This document shows positions 8,142-17,700 of a stretch of 60,119 nucleotides of DNA, one piece after another. The position numbers were made by a program, and so were the translations under genes. The DNA lies in IMG/VR virus record IMGVR_UViG_3300025132_000038, positions 1 through 60,119 of that record; one strand, written 5' to 3'. This stretch comes from a virus (taxonomy: Duplodnaviria; Caudoviricetes). The notes below the pieces were generated by a model that worked only from the letters and a program-made list of their open reading frames with translations, searched no databases and was not told where the DNA came from. Numbering within the stretch: position 1 is the first letter of the stretch; every line of letters starts with the position of its first letter.

Positions 8142-8414
8142 ATGTCAGAAAAAGAAAAAATTTTCGCAGATGGATTTTCATTTAAAAAAAGAGAAAATCA
8201 ACCCGACTTTGTTGTGGGGAGAATGTCAATCAAAGTAGAAGACGCATTAGCGTTTTTAAAAGAACGTTCGAATAATGGGTGGGTAAACCTAAATATTAAC
8301 CAAGCCCGTAGTGGTAATTACTATTGCGAACTTGATACATGGAAACCCACACAAAATAATAACACAACTACAACCCCTCCGGTAGAGGAGGTTAAAGAAG
8401 ACTTACCCTTCTAA
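8142..8414 (+). CDS. Putative ssDNA-binding protein
   Basis: Small beta-rich body with acidic EDLPF C-terminal tail; located in the recombination/replication cluster. Confidence 0.6.
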   Translation: MSEKEKIFADGFSFKKRENQPDFVVGRMSIKVEDALAFLKERSNNGWVNLNINQARSGNYYCELDTWKPTQNNNTTTTPPVEEVKEDLPF

Positions 8415-8429
8415 ATGTGATGTGTGAAT

Positions 8430-8464
8430 GGGGGGGAGGTTTGTCATATTCCTCCCCTTTTTTT
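8430..8464 (+). terminator. Intrinsic terminator
   Basis: GGGGAGG...CCTCCCC followed by T7. Confidence 0.75.
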
Positions 8465-8624
8465 GTGTCGAAATGTCAATAAACCCATTGGTAAATATAT
8501 ATTTATAGAATTTTATTTTATATTTTATTTTATTTTACTTAAATTGAACTTAAAATCGACATAATCGACACTAACATTGATAATCAGCTACTTACATAAA
8601 AAAAAACGACACTAAAATCGACAC
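8465..8624. promoter_or_regulatory. Origin-like module A: AT-rich tract, CGACAC repeats and an IHF-consensus site
   Basis: Inverted GTGTCGA at 8465; AT-rich 8490-8555; CGACA(T/C) x4; AATCAG-CTAC-TTA matches WATCAR-N4-TTR; directly upstream of the primase-helicase. Confidence 0.6.
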
Positions 8625-8627
8625 ATC

Positions 8628-11045
8628 ATGACACAAAATATCACTATTTTTAAAAATATTAGAGAAACAGCTACTCCGTTTTACCGAGAAACATCCGTTG
8701 TATTAGAAAGAATACAAGAGGGGGCATCTAAAGAGCTTGTAAAAAAAATAAGACTAGAAAAAGATAAAGGAACTAGGAATGAGCTTAAAAAAGAACTACC
8801 GGCTATTTGCTTTTCTGGAAAATTTAACAAAAGAAATGACGATTCAATAGTAGAACATAGTGGGATAATATGTTTAGATTTTGACGGATATAAAAAACAA
8901 AAAGATTTACTTTCCGATAAAGAACAGATAAGTAAAAATAAACATGTGTATTCTGTTTTTATTAGTCCTTCTGGTAACGGATTGAAAGTTTTAATTAAGA
9001 TACCCCAAGATGCAGATAATCACGTTCATTATTTTAACTCCTTAGAAAAACACTTTGAATCCCCATACTTTGATAAGACTTGCAAAAACCTTAGTAGAGT
9101 GTGTTACGAAAGTTATGACCCTTTAATATATGTAAATGAAAATTCATCTATTTGGGATGTTATAGAAGATATAGAATATACGGAAGTTAATGTTCATAGA
9201 GACCCTCCTACTATACCTATAACAGATGAAAATAAAATTGTAGAGATACTTATTAAGTGGTGGCAAAAAAAATATCCAATGATAGAGGGGCAAAGAAATC
9301 AAAATGTATATGTCTTAGCTATGGCCTTTAACGATTATGGTATTAATAAATCTTTAGCGTCTTATGTACTTAATAATTATGCAACCCAAGATTTTAATTT
9401 ATCCGAGATACAAAGAACTATTGATAGTGCTTATTCACACTCTCAAAATTTTGGAACTAAGTATTACGAGGATGAGGAAAGATTAAATACTATAAAATCT
9501 AAATTAAGAAGGGGGGTTACTAAAAAAGAAATAAGAAGTCAGTTAGAGGAAACAAGTTTAGATGACAAAACTATTGATGCTGTATTAAATAAGGTAGAAG
9601 AAGAAAATAAATTAAAGCAGTTTTGGACTAAAAACGACAAAGGTGTTATAAAGATTGTTCATATATTATTTAAACACTTTTTAGAAGACAATGGGTTTTA
9701 CAAGTATTGCCCCGAAGGTAGTAAAAACTACGTCTTTGTTAGGGTTACTAATAATCTAATAGACCATACATCAGAAAAAGAAATAAAAGATTTTATTTTA
9801 GACCACCTTATTCAACTAGACGACAGCTCTATATATAATTATTTTGCCGACCAGACGCGTTTATTTAGAGAGGAATTTTTAACCCTATTATCTACTATAG
9901 ATATTTATTTTATAGCAGACACTAAAGATTATGCTTATTTATATTATAAAAATTGTGCCGTACAAATAAGTAAGAATGAGATAAAAACAATAGACTATTT
10001 AGATTTGGGTGGGTACGTTTGGAAAGACCATATAATTAATAGAAACTTTAATCTATGTAGTTCAGATGATTGTGATTATAAAAAATTTGTTTTTAACGTT
10101 TGTGGAGAAGACCCTGAAAGAACGTTGTCTATGGAAAGTACGATAGGTTATATGTTACACGGACATAAAAATTTATCTTATTGCCCGGCTATTATATTAA
10201 ATGATGAGGTTATATCAGACAACCCAGAGGGTGGTACGGGTAAGGGAATCTTTATGAACGCGTTAGCACAAATGAAAAAGGTGGTAACAATAGACGGAAA
10301 GTCTTTTGCGTTTGAAAGGTCTTTTGCTTATCAGTTAGTATCAGCAGATACACAGATATTAGTATTTGATGATGTTAAAAAACATTTTGATTTTGAAAGA
10401 TTGTTTAGCGTGGTTACAGAAGGTTTGACGTTGGAAAAGAAAAATAAGGACGCAATTAAAATACCTTTTAGTAAGTCTCCTAAAATAGCTATAACAACTA
10501 ATTATGCCATAAAAGGGGCCGGTAATTCATTTGCTAGAAGGAAGTGGGAGTTAGAGTTACATCAACATTATAATAAATCTTTTTCACCCTTAGATGATTT
10601 TGGAAAACTTTTATTTGGAGATTGGGGGGACGAGGAATGGTGTCAGTTTGATAACTACATGATTAGTTGTTTACAAAACTATTTAACAGCCGGTTTACAT
10701 AAAAGTAAATTTGTTAACCTTAAGGTTAGGCAGTTATCAGCAGAAACCTCTCATGATTTTATAGAATGGTGTGGATTAATAAAAGGGTCTCAACCCAATC
10801 CTAAACTAGTTGTTGATTTAAAAAACTATAAACATCAATTATATTTAGAGTTTATTGAAGAATATCCCGACTATGGCCCTAAAGCAAAAATGACTATATC
10901 GCGTACTCGTTTTTATAAATGGTTAGTATCTTATGCTTTGTTCCAAGAGGGTATACAACCAGAGGAAGGAAGGGATTCAGCCGGTAGGTGGATAAGGATA
11001 CGAAGTAAAAAAGAATTAGAGGTTCAAACAAATATAGATTTTTAG
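8628..11045 (+). CDS. Primase-helicase (BT4734/VirE N-terminal-like primase, PriCT, P-loop helicase)
   Basis: LPAICFSG, HSGIICLDFD, FISPSGNGLK, GQRN; Walker A GGTGKG, Walker B LVFDD, ITTN. Confidence 0.85.
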   Translation: MTQNITIFKNIRETATPFYRETSVVLERIQEGASKELVKKIRLEKDKGTRNELKKELPAICFSGKFNKRNDDSIVEHSGIICLDFDGYKKQKDLLSDKEQISKNKHVYSVFISPSGNGLKVLIKIPQDADNHVHYFNSLEKHFESPYFDKTCKNLSRVCYESYDPLIYVNENSSIWDVIEDIEYTEVNVHRDPPTIPITDENKIVEILIKWWQKKYPMIEGQRNQNVYVLAMAFNDYGINKSLASYVLNNYATQDFNLSEIQRTIDSAYSHSQNFGTKYYEDEERLNTIKSKLRRGVTKKEIRSQLEETSLDDKTIDAVLNKVEEENKLKQFWTKNDKGVIKIVHILFKHFLEDNGFYKYCPEGSKNYVFVRVTNNLIDHTSEKEIKDFILDHLIQLDDSSIYNYFADQTRLFREEFLTLLSTIDIYFIADTKDYAYLYYKNCAVQISKNEIKTIDYLDLGGYVWKDHIINRNFNLCSSDDCDYKKFVFNVCGEDPERTLSMESTIGYMLHGHKNLSYCPAIILNDEVISDNPEGGTGKGIFMNALAQMKKVVTIDGKSFAFERSFAYQLVSADTQILVFDDVKKHFDFERLFSVVTEGLTLEKKNKDAIKIPFSKSPKIAITTNYAIKGAGNSFARRKWELELHQHYNKSFSPLDDFGKLLFGDWGDEEWCQFDNYMISCLQNYLTAGLHKSKFVNLKVRQLSAETSHDFIEWCGLIKGSQPNPKLVVDLKNYKHQLYLEFIEEYPDYGPKAKMTISRTRFYKWLVSYALFQEGIQPEEGRDSAGRWIRIRSKKELEVQTNIDF

Positions 11046-11046
11046 A

Positions 11047-11292
11047 ATGAATTGGAGTTTACACAGAGCAATGCTCAACTCTTATTATGTAATCATTAGA
11101 GGGTATGACCCCTACCTAATGATGTCAAAAGGAGGGGGTTTTTTTGCTCACGACCCCACTAGTGATTTAGAAAAAGAAGACGTGGAGGGTGTGTTAACAT
11201 ACTTTGAGGAGATTGAAGATTATATAAAGTGCCAAGAGATAAATAGTTTTATAAAAACACAATGGAATTTAGGGAATATCAAAAAGAAATAA
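11047..11292 (+). CDS. Hypothetical protein
   Basis: 81-aa ORF; YFEEIEDYIKC is a UVR-like motif. Confidence 0.65.
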   Translation: MNWSLHRAMLNSYYVIIRGYDPYLMMSKGGGFFAHDPTSDLEKEDVEGVLTYFEEIEDYIKCQEINSFIKTQWNLGNIKKK

Positions 11293-12491
11293 TAGACAAA
11301 AGCGTAGGAGTATTGCTAAAGTACAACTTTGTTTATCTAGCTATGGAGGTTAGAACGGGAAAGACATTAACAAGTTTGGGAATAGCTCAAAGTATGTTTA
11401 TGAACAACGTATTATTTATAACAAAAAAGAAAGCTATTAGCTCTATAGAAAGCGATTATAAATTACTCTCACCTAAATATAAGCTTATTGTCATCAACTA
11501 TGAATCACTTCACAAGATACCTAATTTAAAATGGGATATGGTTATTTGTGACGAGTCTCATAGTATGGGGGCGTTTCCTAAACCTAATAAAAGAGCAAAA
11601 GCCGTAAAAGATATTATACTCAAAACCCGTGCCAAAGTCATATTATTATCAGGAACTCCTACCCCAGAATCATACAGCCAAATATATCACCAAGTATATG
11701 GTATAACAAAAAACCCATTTTATGAGTGTGTAAACTTTTATAAGTTTGCCCATAAGTACGTTAAAATAAAAGAGAAAAAAATAAATGGTTTGTTTATTAG
11801 AGATTATTCGCATGGGCTAGAGTCTATACTTGAAAAAATGAAACCATACACTATAAACTTTTCCCAAAAAGAGGCAGGGTTTAAAACAACGATTAAAGAA
11901 AATGTTTTACATGTACCCATGAAAGAAGTAACTTATGATGTAGCAAGTAAATTGAAGAAAAATAGGGTAGTAGAAGGAGAGGAAGAAGTTATATTAGCAG
12001 ACACGCCTGTTAAATTAATGATGAAACTACATCAGTTGTATTCAGGAACAATAAAATTTGAAAGCGGAAATAAAATGGTGTTAGATTATAGTAAAGCTCA
12101 GTTTATAAAACAAAGGTTTGTTAACCAAAAAATAGCTATATTTTATAAGTTTACAGCCGAGTTGGAGGCTTTGAAAAGTGTTTTTGAGGACAATTTAACC
12201 ACGGAACTGAGTGTCTTTAAAGATACACCTAAAAGTATCGCCTTACAAATCGTGAGTGGCAGGGAAGGAATATCTTTAAAAGAGGCTAAGCATATAATAT
12301 ATTATAATATTGACTTTAGTGCTACGAGTTATTGGCAAAGTAGAGATAGAATGACAACCCAGAATAGATTAAAAAATAGTATATATTGGATTTTCTCCGA
12401 AGGGGGTATAGAAGATGATATATATAAAGCAGTAACGAAGAAGAAAGACTATACCGTCCGCCACTTCAAAAAGGATTTATTATCTTTGTAA
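11262..12491 (+). CDS. SF2 (SNF2-like) helicase
   Basis: REYQ, VRTGKT, DESH, LSGTP, GREGISL, QSRDR. Confidence 0.9.
   Translation: MEFREYQKEIIDKSVGVLLKYNFVYLAMEVRTGKTLTSLGIAQSMFMNNVLFITKKKAISSIESDYKLLSPKYKLIVINYESLHKIPNLKWDMVICDESHSMGAFPKPNKRAKAVKDIILKTRAKVILLSGTPTPESYSQIYHQVYGITKNPFYECVNFYKFAHKYVKIKEKKINGLFIRDYSHGLESILEKMKPYTINFSQKEAGFKTTIKENVLHVPMKEVTYDVASKLKKNRVVEGEEEVILADTPVKLMMKLHQLYSGTIKFESGNKMVLDYSKAQFIKQRFVNQKIAIFYKFTAELEALKSVFEDNLTTELSVFKDTPKSIALQIVSGREGISLKEAKHIIYYNIDFSATSYWQSRDRMTTQNRLKNSIYWIFSEGGIEDDIYKAVTKKKDYTVRHFKKDLLSL
12481..12488 (+). promoter_or_regulatory. Possible Bacteroidota -7 element
   Basis: TATCTTTG 5 nt before ATG 12494. Confidence 0.45.
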
Positions 12492-12493
12492 CA

Positions 12494-12733
12494 ATGAGTG
12501 AACAAAAAATTCAATTTAAAAAAATCAAAGAACTAGAACAAAAGGGGTATTATGTAATCAAGCTTACTACTACCAATAAAAATGGAATACCCGACCTTAT
12601 TGCTATACCTAAGGATAGTAATGTGTTGTTTGTGGAGGTTAAAAAACCCGAAGGGAAACTTTCAAAGTTACAAGAGTATAGAATTAAAGAACTAGAAAGA
12701 CATGGAATTAGAACCGAAATATATAGAGGATAA
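12494..12733 (+). CDS. VRR-NUC domain nuclease
   Basis: SE..IQ, GIPDL, FVEVK, LSKLQ. Confidence 0.9.
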   Translation: MSEQKIQFKKIKELEQKGYYVIKLTTTNKNGIPDLIAIPKDSNVLFVEVKKPEGKLSKLQEYRIKELERHGIRTEIYRG

Positions 12734-13019
12734 AGATATAAAGTGTAGGTTTGACGACTACTTTATAGACGAGCTTATCATGTTACCTTATGAGGCGGCT
12801 ATAGGAATTATGGACGCGGTAAAAATAAACTCTAACCTTTTACCAGAAAAAAATAATTGGTCACAATTAGTGGGGGGTGTTATTAAAGGAAAGACGCCTT
12901 TTTTTTACGAACTAGAATATATTAAACCAACGGGTGAAGACCCTATCTATTTAGATATATTAGAAATAAATTGCGACGATTATTTAGATTACATTAACTT
13001 AAATCAATATTTAAAATGA
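12702..13019 (+). CDS. Hypothetical acidic protein
   Basis: 105-aa ORF, coupled to neighbours. Confidence 0.7.
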   Translation: MELEPKYIEDKDIKCRFDDYFIDELIMLPYEAAIGIMDAVKINSNLLPEKNNWSQLVGGVIKGKTPFFYELEYIKPTGEDPIYLDILEINCDDYLDYINLNQYLK

Positions 13020-13456
13020 AATTAACAGCAGATGCAAAAAATGCAAAAGACATGATAGAAAGAAGGTTTAACCTTAAACTATACACTAAGTGCCGAACAG
13101 CCCCTTATATTAAAGCGAGGTGTATGTTTTCTAAACTATTATTTAAACGGGGTTATGGTTGTTATGCTATAAGTAAAATGTTGCAAATGAATCACGCAAC
13201 CATATTAAACTACTTTAATAACTTTAAATGGTTTTATAAAACTGACTCAGAATTTGCCGAGAGTTATGAACAATTTTATGAACAAATGAGAAATTCCTCT
13301 ATAGTTTATACACAAATGAACGAGTATGAGTTAAAAAAAGAACTACTTTTATTACAAACTGAAAATAAAAACCTATATTTACGCAACCGAAAACTTGAAA
13401 ACAAGGTGAAACGACTAGAAGAAAGTAAAGTTATATACATAGAAAGTCGAATGTAA
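13016..13456 (+). CDS. Second DnaA-C-like HTH protein with C-terminal coiled coil
   Basis: ARCMF...GYGCYAISKML..NHATILNY; heptad tail. Confidence 0.6.
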   Translation: MKLTADAKNAKDMIERRFNLKLYTKCRTAPYIKARCMFSKLLFKRGYGCYAISKMLQMNHATILNYFNNFKWFYKTDSEFAESYEQFYEQMRNSSIVYTQMNEYELKKELLLLQTENKNLYLRNRKLENKVKRLEESKVIYIESRM

Positions 13457-13466
13457 TAAAAATATA

Positions 13467-13661
13467 ATGAGTAAAAAACCTAATGCGGTAGAAAGAAATA
13501 GGCTTACCTACATTAATCACTTAATGGAGGAAGTTAATTCTGCCACGTCTCAGGTTTACGAACACTTTGTAGATAAAGAATATACCCAGGCCAAACAAGC
13601 TACTTATACTTTAATAAAAAGACTTAAAGACGTAATTCAATCCTTAGAAGATGAAGTTTAA
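13467..13661 (+). CDS. Small hypothetical protein
   Basis: 64-aa helical ORF. Confidence 0.65.
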   Translation: MSKKPNAVERNRLTYINHLMEEVNSATSQVYEHFVDKEYTQAKQATYTLIKRLKDVIQSLEDEV

Positions 13662-14370
13662 TTCCGATTTTCGTCCCCGTTTAAAGGGGAATAAAAAAAG
13701 AGCGTTTGAGTATTTTACAAAAAACGAAAGAAGAATCTTGGTAATAGGGGATATTCACGCCCCTTTTGTTTTAGATGGATACCTAGAGTTTTGTCAAGAA
13801 ACTTATGCTAAACATAATTGTAATCAAGTAATTTTCATAGGAGACATTTTGGATAACCATTATAGTTCTTTTCATCAGACAGACCCAAACGGTCTTGGTG
13901 GGGGACAAGAGCTTGAGCACGCTATAACAATAGTGCAAGAATGGTATCAAGCGTTTCCCGTTGCTGATGTTCTAATCGGAAATCATGACCGCATAATAAT
14001 GAGGAAGGCCGTAGATTCTGACGTTCCTAAACAATGGATAAAAAGTTACAACGAAGTTTTAGGTGTTGATTGGAATTGGACTGAAAGAATAGTTTATGAT
14101 GGTGTTCAATTCGTTCATGGAGAAGGGGGGACGGCACGTACAAAAGCAAAGAACGATATGATGTCCACTGTGCAGGGCCATATACATACCCAATGTTACA
14201 CCGAGTGGCTAGTTGGTAGAAACTTCCGAGTCTTTGGGATGCAAGTGGGATGTGGGATTGACGCTAAGTCTTACGCCGCAGCTTACGCTAAACATTTCAA
14301 AAGACAAGCTATTGGTTGTGGAGTTATCTTAGGTGGGCACACTGCTATAAATTGTTTAATGGAATTATGA
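13651..14370 (+). CDS. Calcineurin-like metallophosphoesterase
   Basis: GDIH, GDILD, GNHD, VHG, GHIH. Confidence 0.9.
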   Translation: MKFNSDFRPRLKGNKKRAFEYFTKNERRILVIGDIHAPFVLDGYLEFCQETYAKHNCNQVIFIGDILDNHYSSFHQTDPNGLGGGQELEHAITIVQEWYQAFPVADVLIGNHDRIIMRKAVDSDVPKQWIKSYNEVLGVDWNWTERIVYDGVQFVHGEGGTARTKAKNDMMSTVQGHIHTQCYTEWLVGRNFRVFGMQVGCGIDAKSYAAAYAKHFKRQAIGCGVILGGHTAINCLMEL

Positions 14371-14780
14371 GGTTTGAGACAAAAGAAGATTTAGTGAGAG
14401 AAACTAAAGCTATAGAGAGGTTTGTTAGGTTATTTAAAGGAAGTTATAAAAAACTTGGCCCGAATGATATAGATTTTCGTGTGTTTGATAAAGAGAAAAA
14501 AATAATTGCCTATGTTGAAGTAAAGGGAAAAAGTAGTTGGTTGAAAGACGGCTTTCCTTTATATGTGGCGGCAAGAAAACTTGTTAAGCTTTGTGACAAA
14601 AGATTAAACCCTGTAGTTATGTGGGCGTGTAATGATGGTATTATTTACGCCAAAGTTCCTGAGTTAATTGGAGAAATGAGATGGGGTGGTAGAAAGGATT
14701 TAAGGGACGATGCTATAAATGACCAAGAGCTTATGGTGTATTTCGAAAACCAAAAGTGTTTTAAATATTTAAAATATTAA
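14367..14780 (+). CDS. PD-(D/E)XK nuclease-like protein (likely start 14367)
   Basis: ATGA overlap with the upstream stop; IDF...YVEVKG. Confidence 0.7.
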   Translation: MRFETKEDLVRETKAIERFVRLFKGSYKKLGPNDIDFRVFDKEKKIIAYVEVKGKSSWLKDGFPLYVAARKLVKLCDKRLNPVVMWACNDGIIYAKVPELIGEMRWGGRKDLRDDAINDQELMVYFENQKCFKYLKY

Positions 14781-17700
14781 TTACTTCTTCCTATTATCAA
14801 TCCTTCTTTGATGCCCTGGAGACCTCTTTCTAGTAGTATTTTTTTTCTTCGATTTTTTATTTTTTCGTACTGAATTAGGTCGGTAAGATGGACTAACACC
14901 TATCACGTCATAGAAAGCTTCTTCACTAATATCCCCCTGCTCAATTAGCGTCTTGATAGGAGCATCTATACCTACCCCATCACCCTCTACACTTAATTCA
15001 AAGAATGGGTCAAATTGGAAACCTACATAAAGCTCGGCTAAACTTTCTATTGTTTTAGCTCCTTTTTGTAAAGTAGATAAATCTTCATCCGCCAAGTACC
15101 TAACCATTTCTGTTGTAACTCTATTAAAAGGATTTACCCCTTCTTCAATTTGTCGCGGGTTTTCTCCCGCCATTTTTAATATTGCGTATTCTAACGAACC
15201 ACCTATGAATGGTACTTGGGTAATAAGGTTCATTCCATACATTGACCTTTTCATTTGTTTTAATACATCTTCTTTATCCTCATCTTCCCCTTTAAAATAT
15301 TTAAACATATTTGCCATTGCAATAAATAAAACGTTAGCCACACCTAAATTTAAAACCACCGCTCTTATAGCATCTGAATCCACACTTCCTTTAGATGTTG
15401 CTCTCATTATGTTAGTCATACCCATATACACTTTATTCATTTGTAAAAACAGAGTACTGCCAAACATGGTAAAGAATCTATTTTTAAAATCAGTGCTCAT
15501 TTGGAGGGGAATTTTTTCTGTTCTTCCCCTTGTTTGTTGCGTAAGTTCGTAACTTTCAAAATTTTCTAAAGCCACGTCAGGGTCTACTCCTGCCCTAATA
15601 TCTGCATTATAATTAGCCATATAACCCATCACCCCCATAACATCTCCTAATACTGTAGGTGAGCTCATGGCGAATTTAAAAGCTCTCAGGAAATTACCCA
15701 TCCTTGTTTCTTTTTGACTCACAGTTCGGTCTGTTGGACTACCAGAAACTAAACCATATAAATCCCCCTCTAAACCTTTTTTAACCCTGTCTCTAAATAC
15801 CGGACTTAATTTATAAGCTTTTTGTAGTTGTTTAGGTAGTGTAAGCATTACATAACCCACATCAGCCATAAAGGCTAGTAGTTCTACCGGGGTAGCAGCA
15901 ACGTCTTTAATTTTAGTTAGACGGCTTTGTTGGTCTTTAGGCGCTCTACTTCTCATAAATTTATAATCTTCAAACGCATTAATAAAAGAAGAAGCTTGCT
16001 TAGGAATTTGCATTAACCTAAAAGCTAAAGCATAAGAGGTAAATTTAGTCATAATCTTTTCAATAAACCCTTGTTGAGAATCATTAAGAGAGTCAGGGTT
16101 AACAGCAAAGTTTATTGCTCTTTTTACTGCACGGTCTAAACCAGAGGCCTCTAACAATACTTTTACCGAAGGTGTGTTAACAATCGCTGTTAAATTTTTA
16201 ACACCTAAAGCGTAAGCCTTATAATGTTCCATGCTATCTATATGATTAGTTAGTGTATCTAAAAAGCCCGGGTCTAAATTAACATCACCCGTAACATCCG
16301 CTCTTTCTTTTAACGCAGAGTGTGTTTCATCACTAAATATACTGCCAAAATTCCCCTCTATTAATAATTTTTCTGTAGCTTTCTGCCTACTAATTGTTTG
16401 TGTTGGAAAGTAGTTTTCTACATAATCTAAGTTAACATCATTAGATTCTTTATAAACTTCGTTAATTGTTGGAAAGTATTCATTGCTTAAGTATTCAACC
16501 ACTTTGTCTGCAAACTCTATAGGTTGAGGTCCTAATATTTTTTTAATCTCGTCTATTTTCTCAGGCGTAAAGCCTTGCTTTTCTAGTTTTGCTCTTTGCG
16601 TCTCGTTCTTACTTAAAGAATATATACGTAATAATTGGTCTCCACTATATCTTTCTGTTTTACCTTTTATTTTTAAATCAACTAGACCAATGTAAAGTTG
16701 TTTTCGTATTTGTTTATAACCTTTAGTTACACCTGGAATAGAATTCGCTATTTCATTAAACTTTTTATTTACCTTTTCAATACCCAACATTTGATTTCGG
16801 TGCATCCTTCTTAAGGGTTTATATATATTGTTGTTAAAAAAGTTTTTGTTCTGTAACCCCCTGTCTAGAAGTTGAGTCAATGTTCCTAAGTGAGATAAGT
16901 GTTCTTTAAAAAATGAACGTATACCTATTATACTATCAAACTTTAAATTTTTAACGTAAGATTTTAAACCCTTTAACAGCTTACCTTTTTTAAACATAGC
17001 CCTAATACTTAACTTATCTTGACGTAGTTGATTTTTATTTTTAGGAATTTTGTTCCCATCTTTGTCCGTAGTAAATAATTCAGGATATGTTTCCTCGATT
17101 TGTTTGGTTGCTTGTTCACTTAATTTCTCCTGCTTAGCCGCTCTTTCTAATCGTTTTAATTGTAATCTTCCAATAGACTCTGCTCTAGCTTCTTCTAGTA
17201 TTTTTAATTTAGCTTGTACTTCTTCCATACTTGCGGTCATAACATCCCCCACAGTATCAAAAGCTTTTAGTTTATTAAGCATAGATTGCTCATTATCAGT
17301 AAGGGCTTCAGGGTTATTAAGAGCTTTTGTTATTAATTCCGCTTCGGTTATTTGAAGTTGTTTTAATATATTCTCAGCGCTTATGTCTTCTTTTAATTTT
17401 TGAATCTCCGCGTTTCGGGTGTCATCATTTTGAATTAAAGCTACCTTTAAAACTTTTTTTACTTCTTTAAAAAACTCACGCCCCAGCGCATCTAAACCTT
17501 TAGTAACTTTCCTACCACCCTTGGTTACAGTAGCGGCAGCTTTTTTTCTTACTAATTTTTCAATCTTTTGAATTAGCTCGTTTTTTATTTTTGTTTTTTG
17601 TTTATCTATAATTTTTACAACCTCCTCTGTTTTAGCTATGTAATTTTCAGCGGTGAGGTCAGTAATTCTTTTTAATAAAGAGTTGATTTGAGTTTGAGAA

